Notes: generated from the letters alone by a model not told the origin. Shown: positions 36,031 through 50,255, numbered from the whole stretch's first letter. The stretch: DNA of 63,994 bases, filler included, from Basidiobolus ranarum (GCA_040143965.1; 11 parts of 11 records of this genome joined end to end with filler, not necessarily neighbours in it), one strand, 5' to 3'. A program made the numbers and translations.

Positions 36031-37407
36031 GACTTGACAATACTTCAAGCTAAATAATCCACAACTTCTTGGCATGGTGCATAGGCAAAAGTATATATTA
36101 CAGTCCTAGCACTAATGTAGTCACCCTGTCAAATAGAATGGTTATGTATCCTTGGCATCTGGCTTATACACAATAATCCAAATCTTGATTCACCTGCACA
36201 ATTGTAATGATGTAAAAAGTAAACACTAATTCATAAAAAGCCAAACTGGAAGCACCTATAATATGCTGATTGTATTAACATAAGTTCAACTGATTCCAAG
36301 TGCATTTTTTTGCTTAACTGAGATTCTTTTTCTCTCCTAGTGACATATACTAGAGAGTTGAAATAATTGCATATATTTGAAAGTGATTAACTTTGACAAG
36401 TCAATTCAATCTTAGAGCATGACAGGATATAATCATCGCATTTAAATAAACTCGAGTGTAAGGCTAAATTCGTAAATGTGTAAGTTGCAATTATAATAAT
36501 TAATTATTCCGGAATATAGAACACTGATATACCCGCACCGCGCCACTATCCAACGGCAATAACATTAATATTCTTTTTTTTTTGAGCTAGACACCTAAAA
36601 TTAATTACAAGAGAGTGGTATTAATTTCCAAAAAGAGATATTCACGCTTTAGTTCCCTTTGTTTTCCAATACTTAAATTATAAGCTTTCTAGAAATGAAC
36701 AGTAGAATGTTCCTAATGTTAGGTGCCTTGTACTTTCATATTTTCAATGAAACACGCCATTGTAGCAATCGCTTGTGTCTTTTTTCTCTATGTTTCGGGT
36801 TTATCGTGCGAAAAAAGGCTACTCCCTATGCATGTTGTTTGCAACTAACCAGAAACTGTTGAATAAATGCCGGGACCTAAGTACACTAGTTGCACTAACC
36901 ATGTTACATTTGAGGTATAATCAAGACCCATAGCTGCAAACGTGAATGCTAAATGGAGCGGATGTGTATGGCATATATGTAGTACATGTCGCTTCGAAAT
37001 ACAAATTCAAGAATTGCAGTTATTTGATGCAAGATGGAGTGGCCGGGATTTCCACACTGGAGAATCACTGGATTGTACAAATGCCAAACTAAGAGAACCA
37101 ATGTAGGACAAACGGTGAATTACTGAATACTTAAACAAGGATTACACAAAATCATTTTGCAAATCTCTCATACCTCTTTTAGGAGATACACATAGTAGTA
37201 TCCAAGCCCCCAACCAACGAGAATGGCGTTTAAGGATCACTGACTAAAGTGTAGGCCTCAATCTCCATAATGTAACCTAGCCCTAAAACTCTATAAAATA
37301 GAACGGGATGTAGCTTCTCAACAACATCTAAATTGATCTACAGGAATAGATTCAATACTTCATTTTCTAGCAGGCTAGCTGGTTTAACAAAACACCGTAC
37401 CGATACT

Positions 37408-38397
37408 ATGATCTTCTCCAATCTTTCACTTCCTGCTTTCGCTTTGCTGGCCCTTGCTCCTTACGCTCTTGGTCATATGGAATTAGTCCAACCTCCTCCA
37501 CGTCAGTCAAAGTACAACCCTACTTACAAGGGTACTCCAGACTATGATATGGTTGCTCCATTGGAACAAGGACGTTGGCCTTATCCTTGCCGCGGATATG
37601 GACAGGGTGGTGTTGTCGAAACCATCAAAGCTGGAGACAGTCTACCAGTCAAGATTGGTGGTGGTGCTCCACATAATGGAGGCCATTGCCAGTTTGCCTT
37701 ATCATACGATGATAAAACATTTGTCGTCCTCAAGGACATTTTCGATGATTGCTTAATTGCCTCTCGTGATTACAGTATTCAAATCCCAGCTGGAGCACCT
37801 AGTGGCCGGGCTACTTTTGCTTGGGCATGGATTAACAAGACTGGTAATCGTGAGTACTATATGAACTGCGCTGATATCGAGGTCCAAGGTAGTTCATCAG
37901 GATCTATCACTGGGCCCAAGCTATTGGTTGCCAACCTTCCTGGATATGTAACAATCCCTGAGTTCCCACACGGTGAATACAGTGGCAAGGACTTATTCCC
38001 AAAGAGACCAACCGTAAAGGTTACTGGAAATGGTAGCGACATTGTTAATCCAGAACCTTCCACTCCAACCAAACCTACTTCTACTGCCAAACCCACTAAA
38101 CCGGCCACTACTGCGAAGCCTACCAAGCCAGCAACTAGTGTTAAACCCACCAAGCCCACTGCTACCGGCAAGCCCCCCAAGCCAGTAACCACTACCTCAG
38201 CCAAGCCTACAGAAACCTCCAAGCCTGGTAATGGCGGGGATAAGCCTGGTCGTTGTTCTGGTTATGAAACTAAATGTGTCAATCCTGGAGAGTCTCGTGA
38301 ATTTAAGGTATGCTCCAATGGATACGAATACACCCAACGTTGTGCACCTGGAACTGTGTGTCGCGGTGGCATTAACCAAATGTCATGTGGTTATTAG
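37408..38397 (+). CDS. Secreted lytic polysaccharide monooxygenase (AA11-like) with Thr/Lys/Pro linker and C-terminal Cys-rich CBM19-like module
   Basis: Signal peptide ends ALG|H (N-terminal His); YPCRG, GGAPHNGGHCQFALSYD, WINKTGNREYYMNCADI; KPTKP repeats; six-Cys tail with CAPGTVC. Confidence 0.88.
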   Translation: MIFSNLSLPAFALLALAPYALGHMELVQPPPRQSKYNPTYKGTPDYDMVAPLEQGRWPYPCRGYGQGGVVETIKAGDSLPVKIGGGAPHNGGHCQFALSYDDKTFVVLKDIFDDCLIASRDYSIQIPAGAPSGRATFAWAWINKTGNREYYMNCADIEVQGSSSGSITGPKLLVANLPGYVTIPEFPHGEYSGKDLFPKRPTVKVTGNGSDIVNPEPSTPTKPTSTAKPTKPATTAKPTKPATSVKPTKPTATGKPPKPVTTTSAKPTETSKPGNGGDKPGRCSGYETKCVNPGESREFKVCSNGYEYTQRCAPGTVCRGGINQMSCGY

Positions 38398-38889
38398 CCT
38401 AAGTAATATGTTTGTGTCAATATTTGATTATCAAATAAATCTTGTAACCTTCCAGAGCTTAGCCTTCAGATACATGTTTCATATTATTAGTTAGTATTGT
38501 AGGTGAAACCCTTAATATAGGCTTATTTCTCGTGATTAGGTTACATTCAAGTTTCCGTTGGTTTTTCGCCTTGGAACCGAACCTAAAAAGAACTTACATT
38601 TGAGCACACCGACTAATTTGCAGGCCATTCAAAGCGAAAGCTTTCTAGTAGATCGTTTCAGTAACGAAATATGACACCTTAAGGGGCAATAAGGCAAGAA
38701 TAAAAGACACGTAAGAATAATACACAAACTAGAGTCAAATCTTAATAGCAGAATTTGAAATGCAGACTGTCGTGACTCCAAATTTGTACTATTAGTATAC
38801 ACAAGAATAAGCGGTGTAATTGCTTACCATTTACTGCGTGGGATTCCCAAATTGTGCTCAACCAACGACGTAAGATTTTTGACATTGTA

Positions 38890-40860
38890 TTGAGTCTCTT
38901 GGACATCTGCAGGTGGTATGTGGGGTTGTGTGTAATTAACAAGCGCGTCGAATAGCAATGAAATCACATCTGTACTCTGTGTGCGTTCATTTTGCTCATC
39001 AATTTGCTGCTAGCTAGATACTGTCTTGGAATCTCTATCTGATCCATCTGTAGTGCATCAATGAATAAGTCGATGTTACACAAATAAGTGCATGCTGAAT
39101 ATGTGGCATTAATATGCTAAGCTATCCAGTTACAATAAAATGTCTTGAATTTATTGCTGACAAACTTGGATTAGATCCACCTGCAAGTTGATTTCCAAGC
39201 GAGTGGGGTTAACGTTCAAATTAAGAGATTCATGTTGAAACCCTTCTAGTTCTTCAATAGCAGAATAGCAAATTTGCTAATGAATAGTAGTAATCCATTA
39301 GTTTTTTCATGTTCCTAGGGCTTGCTCCAGTTCGAATGAACTATGTGAGCATATGCTCCATGAAGTACAACTCCTGTCGGTTTTTTTCACTATATATTGC
39401 ATACAACAAGAAAATATGATATCCCTAACCCAAAACTGTTAATGAAATACTGGGACCTGAATGCCCTAGTTGTACTAACCATGTTACATTGTAGATAGAA
39501 TCAAGACCCTAATCAAGACCCTTAATTGCAAACGTGGACACTCCATAGAGTGGATTCGTATGCCGCATCTGCGTTGTATATCCCTTTGAAATACAAATCG
39601 ACCAATTGCAGATATTTAATGCAAAATGAGGTTGTCGCCATTTCCACACCGGAGAATCGCTGGATCGTGTATATACTAAATTCGGATACCAATTCAGATA
39701 CCTATTGTAGCATTAAGGGTGCATTACCTAATAGTTGGCCATGCATTACACAAAACTGACTTTGCAAATCTCTCACACCTCTTTTAGGAGATACGCATTG
39801 CGATATTCAAGCCTTCAAATAACGTTTAAGGATTACCAAGAAGATATTTCAGCTTGTTAGTGCATTAGTGGTGTTATCAGAAGGTGAGAGCTGTGTAGAT
39901 TATACAAGTGTGTCAAATGACAATGAAATCCCTTCTACACTCAGTGTCTGTTCATATTGCTCATCTATCGACTACTAGCTAAATATTGTGTTACATTCTC
40001 TATGCGATCCATCTGTGGTGTATCAATAAATAAACCGATGTTACACAAATTAAAGCAAGCTGAATATATAACAGTGATATGCTTGTACCTACTATCCAGG
40101 TCCAATAGTGTATTATGAACTCTTCCGACAAACTTGTATTAGACTCATCTATAATTTTATATCCGAGCGAGTGGGATTAACTTTCAAGTTCTAGCTCTCC
40201 AATACTATGATTACAGATCTACTAAGAATGGGTAGTAAACTAATGTTTCTGTTGAGTTCTTTCTGCTTTCCATATTTTCAATAACTTATGTGAGTATATG
40301 GTCTATGAAGCAAACTATTATGTCATTTTTTTCATTCTATTTTGCATATATCATGGAAGTATGTTTTTTTCTTACATATGATTTGCTACTAACCCGAAAC
40401 TGCTAAAGAAATGTCGGGACCTGGATACAGTACATGTCGATTCGAAATATAAATTTAAGAATTACAGGTATTTAATGCAAGATGGAGTGGTCGGGATTTC
40501 CACACTGGAGAATCCCTGGATCGTGTTAATACTAAATTCAGAGAACCAACGTAGCACTAAAGATGAACTGCTTACTAGTTATCCATGCATTACACAAAAT
40601 GATGTTGAAAATCCCTCACCCCTCCTGTAAAAGATAGGCGTAGTAATACCTAAACCTCTAATTAACAAGAGTAACATTTAAAGATTACCGGCTAAAGAGT
40701 ATGCCCCATTCTTCGTGATGTAGCTGGGCTCTGAAAACTCTATAAAATAGTAAGGGATGGAGTTTCTTCACAACATCTAAATTGATCTACAGGAATAGAT
40801 TCAATACTTCATTTTCTAGCAGGCTAGCTGGTTTAACAAAACACCGTACCGATACTATGA
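38890..40860 (+). repeat. Tandem duplications of the LPMO upstream region, ending in the start of a second LPMO copy
   Basis: About 36840-37411 recurs at about 39420-39836 (partial) and about 40382-40860; about 38890-39415 recurs at about 39850-40350; 40770-40860 is identical to 37321-37411, with ATG at 40857. Confidence 0.85.
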
Positions 40861-40960
40861 NNNNNNNNNNNNNNNNNNNNNNNNNNNNNNNNNNNNNNNN
40901 NNNNTTAATTAATTAANNNNNNNNNNNNNNNNNNNNNNNNNNNNNNNNNNNNNNNNNNNN
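40861..40960. other. Artificial contig spacer
   Basis: N44-TTAATTAATTAA-N44. Confidence 0.99.
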
Positions 40961-42792
40961 GCAATTGTTGTATAAATTAAAGTAACCACCATAGGCTGAT
41001 TAGGGAACTCCTGGCTTTGATTTCATTCATTTTGGGTCAACTTGGATAAAATTTTGATTAATTTCACTTTGGGATCCATTGGTGTTGATACAGGCTTGCT
41101 GTTTCTAAGTAGAAGAATGTTATGATGTCCAGGATGTATTTAGACCAAAACAGCATAACTTTCTGATTGGGCTTATCTCTCTTGATTTGTTTTCTAAGGA
41201 AATAATTGAAAACTCCCATACCAGTAGTCCAAACTTGGTTTGATAAGCTGCTTTTAGTCTGATTAAGTGCTTCTGGAGTATTTGTGGCCATGATCAAGTC
41301 ATTCACATATAGGCCCTAGATATGGATCCTATTTCTTGTTGTTTTGATGCCAATATTGTGAACTGCTATGCATTTTTGGAATTCAAGTGATTGTCAATAG
41401 GTATCTATCATGTTCTTCCATGTTGTGGGTGTTTGCTTGCATCCATTGGGCAATATTAGAAGTTTGCGGAACATTCTATGGCATTTCCGGTCAACAATTA
41501 CATCTGGTTGCTCCAAATAGATCTCCTCTTCTAAATGTCCAATCAGAAAGGCTGTAGTTACATCCACTCAATTTGTATCTAAAATACGTATGGTTGAAAG
41601 CACCACAATTGATCTATTAGACCTAAACTTAGCCACTGGAGCAAAAATTCCATTCACTGCTTTTTGGTGCCAATTTGGAGCATTTTTGAGCTGGAGTTAG
41701 GCAACGTACTGTACATCCAAAGATTCTAAGCTAATCAGCACATGGCTTTAATCCCTGTAGAGCTTCAAATATGGTGAAATTTATTGCAATCTTCTTGGGC
41801 ATTTGTTTTCAACATAGATGCAGGGGAGACAGATTCAACCCAATATTGTTAATCTGACTTTTGAACTTGTTGCTTGATCTTGCTACATTAGTTGCTTGGC
41901 TGACTGAGAGTAGAATCATAGCTACATTTGGCACATAGAGGACATCATCCACTTTTGCAGATGTTGTGCCTGAGTTTTGGTCTAAATTGAGCACAACTTT
42001 ACCCTTACCAACTGCATCTAGTGCATTGTCTTCTCCCAAGTGGACTTTGCTTTTGTGGATGGGCTTTGGCTGGAAAACCAAACTTTCTTGTTTGACATAT
42101 GCTGGGAAGCTCCTGAGTCAATGTACCATCTGTCTGAGGATACCTTAGTGGTTACCAATAGGGCAGACAAAAATAGATGATCCATATTAGTTATTACTTG
42201 ATTTGCTTGTTTCTATTTTATCTTTCTGGCCAATATCCATTTTCTGCATTCTTTAATTATATGGCCTTGTTTCTTGCAATACTTGGAGATGATTGGCTTC
42301 CAATTAGGGGCACCATTACTGAAGCCTGTTGGACATTTTACAGCTCCAAAAAATGCTTGCTTCACATTATTTTGCTAAGAGAAGGATCTTCTGAATTTCT
42401 CATTCAAAAGCCTGGCACCAACATATTCCTTTGTTTATGGCTCACATTGTGATAGTAGGGCAAATGTGAAGTTCCCAAACTTATCTGTCAGGCTCACAAG
42501 TAGTGTCATGACTAATTCATCTTCATCACAAGGTTCTCCAATGTATGAGAGCTGATCTGCCAGAGTTTTTACCTAATTTATATGAATAGCTAGAGAATTG
42601 GCAGAATTCATTGAGTTTTAAAGTATTTACACTCCATTTTGAACATGGATGTGCTAGATCTTTGAAGCTTTTTCAGTTTCCTCCATTATTTTGAATGTCA
42701 GGACAGTATCAAGATTTCATCCTTACTGGCTGGAAATATTTTAAAGTATACTTTGTGCTTTCATCCATAAAGGTCATGAAATATCTGCTTTG
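40961..42792 (-). mobile_element. Decayed, internally deleted Ty1/copia element (gag, protease, RT remnants)
   Basis: Protease WYIDSGASQHM and VLYVPNVAMILLSVSQ, zinc-knuckle remnant, RT pieces paralogous to 43820-44480. Confidence 0.85.
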
Positions 42793-45700
42793 TGATAAAA
42801 GTGCTCAGGGGATTTGGAAGCATTTGGACAACATTTGGATTTGTTTACTAGACCCTTGAGTTTTATTGAATTCAATAAGTCCCATTAGTAATTTACTTTG
42901 AGTTAGGACTATAAGATGCTCTAAGCTTGTAACAAACATGCCTTTAAAGCACAGGTGAAAATTTGAGGTGATTTGGAGAAGTTTTGAGAAAAAAATGAAA
43001 ATTGGTATTAGTTAACTAATTGATATTTCTTTCAATTAGAGTGAAAAACACACATCTTTGAATGGCAGTACTGAGTCCTAATAATCAGAAAATGAACACA
43101 CCAACTACTGAATAACAAGCTGCCATTTACACAATTTCAACACTCCCACTCAACTAATTATTTTTATGTATGTCTCTTGAACCTATTTACATCTTAATAA
43201 TTCAAATTGTGCTTTAGCTAAAGGTTTGGTTGAGATGTCAACAATCATTTCTTCAGAAGAGCAATAGTCAAGTGAAATTCTCTTTCTCTCTATTGCTTCT
43301 CTGACAAAATGGTGCCTAATATATCTATGTTTTGTTTTAGCATGACATACAGTGTTTTTAGCTAATGATATACAACTTTGTTATCTTCAAATATAGTAAT
43401 TGCACATCTTTGCATGAATTCCATATCTTTAAATAAATTCCTTGACCACATAGCTTCATGAGTGGTAATAGAGATAGTCATATATTCTGCTTCTGTAATG
43501 AAGGTGCTATGGTTGGTCGCTTCTTATTATTTCAAGATATGGCTCCATTGCCATAGAGCAGTATGCAACCAGTTGTTGTTCTTCTATCATTGAGGTGTTT
43601 CCCCAGTCTGCATCACTGTATCCTTCAAAGTTTTGTGCATGCAAAGTGCCAGAGTATTCCAAAACTAGATCTACAGTTCCTCTCTAGTACTCAAATATTC
43701 ATTTTACTGCAATTTTGAGCTCAGATTCTGGATTTTTGAGATATTTGCTGACAGTCCCCACTGCTACATTAATGTCTGGACATGCTTCAACCATAATATG
43801 TATTAAACTACCCACCACGGATTGATAAGGGAACTGTAGGCTTTGATTTGAGTCATTTTAGACCAAATTGAATAAAATGTTGCTTAATTTCACATTGGGA
43901 TCAATTGGTGTTGATACAGGCTTGCCATTCTACGTGAGACACATTTAGTACCTCCAGGGTGTACTTAGACTGATTCAGAATGATTTTCTGATTGGGTTTA
44001 TTTCTCTTGATATGAATTCCAAGGAAATAACTCAATACTCCCATACCAGTAGTCCAAAATTGGTTTGATAAGCTGCTTTTTGTCTGATTAAGTGCTTCTG
44101 AAGTACTTGTGGACATGATCAAGTCATCCACATATAGGGCAAAGATATGAACTCTGTTTCTGGTTGTTTTGATGGTAATACTGTGAACTGCTGTGCATCT
44201 TTGGAATTCCAGTGATGGCAAAAAAGTATCTCTCTTATTCCACCATGCCCTGGGTGTTTGCTTGAGTCCATCAGGCAATATTTGAAGTTTTCAGACCATG
44301 TTACGGTGTTTCCTGCCAACAAATACATCTGGTTGCTCCAAATAGAGGCCTCTGCTAAATGACCTATCAGAAAGGCTGTTGCTGTGTCCACTTGATGTAA
44401 ATCTAGGTTATATATGGTAGGAAGCACCACAATCAATATAATAGAGCCAAACTTAGCTACTAGAGCAAAAATTCCATCAAAATAAACATCAGGAGCGTGG
44501 GAATAAACATTTGTAACTACTAGTACTTTGTACCTTTCTGTGGTTGCATCAGCTTGGTTTTTGACTTTGAAGACCCTTTTGCAACCTGTTGGTTTTCTAC
44601 CTGGTGGTAGAGGAGTTTAATCCCATGTTTCTTAGTCCCAAAGAAAACAGAAATCCTCACAATTTGCTATTTTGCACAATTTTAATATTGGACACTCCAT
44701 TGCTTGACCTGAATTGCCCATCCAAGAATGCTGCATAGGCAATGCAAACATCATGGGTGTTTTGTAGTCCAGGATGCTTTTGTAGGTCCTGAATGGTCCT
44801 GTAATATAATTGGGGCTGGGATTTACAATGAATTGGGCACTGATACGGCTGGAATTTTGTAAGACACTACATGAATATTCCTGAAGGTGTTTTCTGGATG
44901 AAGATCTGTGATTTGAGATGAATATTTGCTTTTTATCAAAAATCATATCTCTGCACTTGAATAACGTCTTGAATTCAGCATTAAACAGTTTGTAGGCCTT
45001 AGATCTTTTGTAGTAACAAAGAAATATTCATTACAGACTTTGGGCTTCACTTCAGAGCATTTATGAGTGGGAACAAGGCAATATACAGTGCATGCAAAGA
45101 TCCTGACATGAACCATACTTGGTTTTGATCTACATAGGGTTTGATATGAAGTAGAATTCTATAGCAATCTTGTTAGGCATCTCTTTTTGATTAAAACAGC
45201 AATGGAAACAGATTCAGCTTGATATTGGTAATTTAACTTTTGTCATGCTATATTGATCCTCCCATCTCCACTATGGTCTGATAAGAGCATTCTGCAACTC
45301 CATTTTGCTCTGGAGTATAGTACTCAGTAGATATTGCTCAACTTCATGTTCAGAGCAAAAATTAACAAAGTTTGTGAAGTAGTGTTCTCCACCAATATAT
45401 CTCCTAAGTACCCTTATTTTTTAGTGCTGTTTCTTGTTCTATCATTCCTTTTGAGTGCTTGACTGTAGTCTAGCTTTAGCTCTTTGATTTGAATAAAAAT
45501 GCTCAAGTATATCTTGTTTTTTCATTAATAAATGTTATGAAAAACCTGTCACCACCTAGTAAGATTTAATGGGTCCACATAGACCAGAACACATCAGGGC
45601 TTAAATCTGAGTGCATTTGATATCTCCAAAGCTTAAAAATGGCTGTCTGTGACATTTTCCATTCATGCAACCTCCACACAGATCTAATTTGGTGATATTT

Positions 45701-46699
45701 TCAATTTCTAAGCCTGAAACATGCTGATTAGGGATCATTTGGGCTGGTTTTATTCCCTAATGTGGCGTAATATTCTGGGCCACAAATAACGGTGGATTTC
45801 ACTGGTTGTGGCCAGGCTTAAATACCCATAATGCAATTTGATGATTTTAAGCTTGTAAAAGTTTTGACTTTTGACCCGGTAGCTAATTTGGAATTGTTTT
45901 GACCTGCAATAGTGCATCAAGCCTGGCTGAAGTAGACTCTTGGCTATATTTGAGTCAAAGAGTTACTCATCCAATTGTGCAGAAGGTATAGCTGATTTTT
46001 GGTGGTGATTGAGCACAACTGTGGCCTTACCAACTGCATCTAGGGCATAGTTATCTCTTAAGTAGGCTTTTGTTCTTTGCATGGATTTTTAGCTGGAAAA
46101 CCAATCTTTCTTGTTTGAGATATGATGGGGAGCTCCTGAATCAATGTACCATGTTTCTGAGTCTTCATTAGTGGTTACTATTAGGGCATACATGAAAAGA
46201 TGATCCATATCAGTGCCTACTTGATTTGCCTGTTCCAATTTTAGCTTGTTGGCAAATATCCTTTTACTGCAATCTTTTTATCAATGGCCTTGTTTCTGGC
46301 AATACTTGCAGATGTTGATTTACAACTGGGAGCACCTAAGGAGATGTTTTTCATGGGCCCATATAGGTCAGAATGAATCAGGGCAAAATTCTGTGTGGAC
46401 TTGATCTCTCTAGAGCTTGTAAACCGCTATCTGTGATGCTTTCAACATATGCAACCTTCACACAGATCCAATTTCATGACATTTCTGATTTCAAGGCCTG
46501 AAACAAGCTGTTTGTGAATCATTTGGGTCAGTTTTTGCTCCCCAATGTGGCCTAATCTTATATGTCATGTTTGCAGCTTTTTTCACCAGTTTTGGCCAAG
46601 TTTGCATGCTCAGAATGCAATTTGTTGATGTCTAGCTTGTATACGCGTTGCGTTTTGATCCCAGTAGCTAATTTGGTGTTATTCTGATCTGTGATAGTG
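42793..46699 (-). mobile_element. Decayed Ty1/copia element with 3' LTR (42793-43142, family B) plus extra duplicated pol fragments
   Basis: Order protease-integrase-RT (LHQVDTATAFL, LYVDDLI)-RNase H (KTKHIDIRHHF); polypurine tract TTGAGTGGGAG abuts TGTTGAAAT at 43142 on the minus strand. Confidence 0.9.
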
Positions 46700-46799
46700 N
46701 NNNNNNNNNNNNNNNNNNNNNNNNNNNNNNNNNNNNNNNNNNNTTAATTAATTAANNNNNNNNNNNNNNNNNNNNNNNNNNNNNNNNNNNNNNNNNNNN
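46700..46799. other. Artificial contig spacer
   Basis: N44-TTAATTAATTAA-N44. Confidence 0.99.
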
Positions 46800-48696
46800 T
46801 GAAGATCCGACCATCATCAGAGCCCGAAACGACATACTCCGAGTTCGCCCCGTAAAAGTTTGCCTCTTTGATCTTATAAATGAATTACTGCGTTAGACAT
46901 GTAACTGCATTGAAGAACTCGAATTCCCCTCACCATCGTTTCGGAATTAAGATGGCCACCGTAACTTTGAACAACGTCATCCTCCCTTCCGAGAACCGTA
47001 TCTAGATCACCTCTACTTTCCTCGGTGATGATATCACTGTCTTCACTCTCGTCATCGTCTAAATCCAATAGTGCTGTGGTGTGGTCACGAATGGCGCTTT
47101 GTGGATAGCTAACTGACTAATAACAATAGTGTTAGAAGCTAGACTCTTCAACAAAAGAGAGAAGAAATGAACAGACAACGGACGCCCCTGGCTCAGCAAC
47201 TTCGGAGTATGTTGGGAGCACCTCATCCGACATTTGTTCAGCTCTTTTTGCATCTTCGTTGACTTCGGCTTGTGGATCAACCTCGCCACCATCAGGATCT
47301 GAGCCTGCGTCGGAAGAAGTATCCATGAGTGACATTGGTGTACCTATTACGAAGAAAGGGGTGACAGTAGAAGGAGGATGAGTTTGTCAATGGACTTTAA
47401 AGGATAAAAGGGAAATTTTGGACAACTAGACTGGTCATCTTACCTGCGTCGATCTCTTCGTGTCCTCTCGTCTCCGGAGAGATGACTCCCCCGGAGTCCT
47501 TGTTCTTCTTTCTCGGACTAGACATAAAAGTCGGCTCTTTTTGGTCTCGTTTATTTGTACTTAGACTATTGCCAACTCCTAGCTCAGGCTTTACCAGGCG
47601 TATTCTGTCTCTACTGTAACTTATCAAAAGCTCGCCGGTTCCGGAGGGATCAAATTTGAGTGAAGTAATTCGATTGCCATCGTTTAATCTCCACAAACGA
47701 GAAGAAGCATGACTAACGTGCTTATCTCGTATATGATCGGGAACAAAAGCGTATACATGCGACGGTGGTCGTTGAGTACGTGATACAAACCTACGATCAT
47801 AAATTCGTACGCTATCATCTGAGCAAGAAATTGCGAAGTATATAGGATTATCTGGTCTAATACTCATCCCTCGGATCTCTGGAAATTTCGAGAGAAGACA
47901 AAGTTAGACTTAGAATAGAACGACCAGCTGGTCACCAAATGAATGCCAAAATACCTTTCAAATTATTCCCCCACAATGAGATGTGGGCATCTTCAGGATT
48001 TATATTCAATATAGTGTGGCGTTCGCACCCATGTTGACAGCTGCAACTGGTGCGGATTCTCAGATCGTAGGAATTAACCTTACCATCATCAGAGCAATCA
48101 AAAAACACATGAGGATCAATAGGGTCTGGGACTACCTCATATGTCAAGTCGGTATGGCAATGAAAAGCAGGAGAGGGATCCCATGAGTCTGTATCCCGTC
48201 TACTTTCATACACGTCCAAGTCAGTGAAACGAGTTGCTCCGTCCATCGCACACGAAACAATTTTTCGATCGTCAGAGTTTACAAGAAAGTGAGCGGAAAA
48301 GATATTTCGCTGATGACCCGAAGGGATTGAAGCAATCAAAGGAGAACTTAGCTCAGGATTCCAAAGGTTCAAATGACAATCATCTAGAGAAGACAACCCC
48401 GCTTTAGTACAAAGTACGATATATAGAAGTGCAAAATACTTACCTGAGCCTGAAAGAATTAAGTCACCTTTCTTATTCCAGGCAACAGTATTGACGCAAC
48501 CGTCATGACCCTCAAGTTTATTATGTAACTTCAACTTGGTGGTTAAATCGACGCTTCCGTAAATTCTGCGTCGAAAATAGTATGGGGAATTGTTGAAGTT
48601 AAGTTCTCGAGCAGCCAATATATCGTTGAGTTTGGAATGACTAGTTTTGTGTTGGTAGGAATAAGGCCATGCTGTATGTTTAACCATCGAATTCAT
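46800..48696 (-). CDS. DCAF6/DCAF8-like WD40 repeat protein, multi-exon, 3' truncated
   Basis: LEGHDGCVNTVAWN..LILSGS|DDCHLNLW, SGHQRNIFSAHF, VRIYDRR, YGGHLNSETM|IKEANFYG..YVVSGSDDGRIF. Confidence 0.88.
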
Positions 48697-49249
48697 TTTG
48701 TTACAGCTAAGACAGAATTAAACTTCTCAACCCAAATGTTATTTAAGTTAGACTATAGACTCAAGGAATTACTAGTTTCAATGCTTAGTTAGGTTAATAT
48801 GTCTCCTAAAGTTGAAAATCGATAACAGTGGCAGTTAATAAGAAACCTCTCGTGTATTAGACTATAGAGTATTCTCAGTCTGTCTGGCAACAAAATAAGA
48901 GTGACTGTATATTTCGATCGTCTTTTTATTGATGGATTCATGGAATTTATCGAAATTCATAAGAAACCGAACATAATTCACTGGTCAACAGCTGCTCATG
49001 AATCCCTAAATAACCAGCAAGTAATCCATTACTATTCAATAGAATAAAACTTGAACATTAGATTGATGAGTGCGAACATTCTCTAATAATGTCTGTCAAT
49101 GGCCAGCTTCTCTACCAAGAGTTCGTCAAAGAAGAGATGAGGTCAGTTAGTGGGGTAAAAGCAGGAAGAAAATTGGGAGCTGAATTATAGTTTTTATTAA
49201 GAATTGGTAACAGCTGACAAAAGTCATGATACAATCAATTCAGTAAAAT

Positions 49250-49762
49250 TTAAGCAGTGGTAGCCTTAGGAGCTGACTTTTCGGCTTGAGTACCTTCACG
49301 GAAACCGTTCTTGAAACGACGGGCAACACCCTTAAGATGTCTCATACGACCAGTACCGGTGGTTCTTCTACGCTTAGCTTTTTCAGCCCAGTTGAACTTT
49401 CTCATCTTGGCAGCAGGATAACCGCAGCTGGCGCAAGTCTTCTTTTGGTTATGGAAGGAGCGGCTTCCACAACGACGGCAAAGAGTGTGGGACTTGGTGT
49501 GACGCTTACCGAAACTTTGGGTACCCTTAGTCTATTGTATTGAAAATATGTTTGTTACTAAATCAGTTATAGAAGAAACAGTTGATGCAAAGTATCAAGT
49601 ATAACAGAGGTTCAGCCTCAACTAAGTATATCCATACTTGAGAGCTGATCCATCCGTTGAACACTAAATCGACATCATATTGCATACACTAAATTACTAG
49701 CAAAATAGAGTGCACATTGCTCGTAAACAGTGTAGCAGTTGTATAGAAAAAATACATACCAT
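49250..49762 (-). CDS. RPL37: 60S ribosomal protein L37 (eL37), 94 aa
   Basis: ATG-only exon 49762-49760, intron 49759-49532, exon 2 [43 protein letters not shown]; missed by the ORF track. Confidence 0.97.
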
Positions 49763-50255
49763 GATTAATGATTACTATCAAACAACCGCAAAGGGAGCGA
49801 GAGAGAAGGAGTCCTTCTGAAAGCAACTCGGATGATTTTAAGACTCACCCCGTTGGCAGTATAGGATTTAAAAAATTTCTCCAATTATGATTGGCTACAC
49901 GAATTTATCAAATTTGATCTTATTTTTCACCTTAATCAGAGATACACAGGCATCCAAATTGCAGCATTTTACTTGGCATACTTCAAATCAAATATCTCGA
50001 CCAGTATTAAAAATAAATGTACGAATAGCTAATTTAAATTGGAAATAGCGTTTGTCCACCACATGTACAGACAGGAGACTTGTAATTTACTAAATATATT
50101 TACAATTGTCAACATTACAACTCAAAGTCTTCAGCCCCAAGCATCTCAGCCTTTAGACAAAGCTCTGAAGCATTACCCTCACTATCAACATGAATTTCAG
50201 ACATAAATTAAGGCATTTTCAGGATCACTAAATGTGCCTGGCTCAAAGTTTTCAC

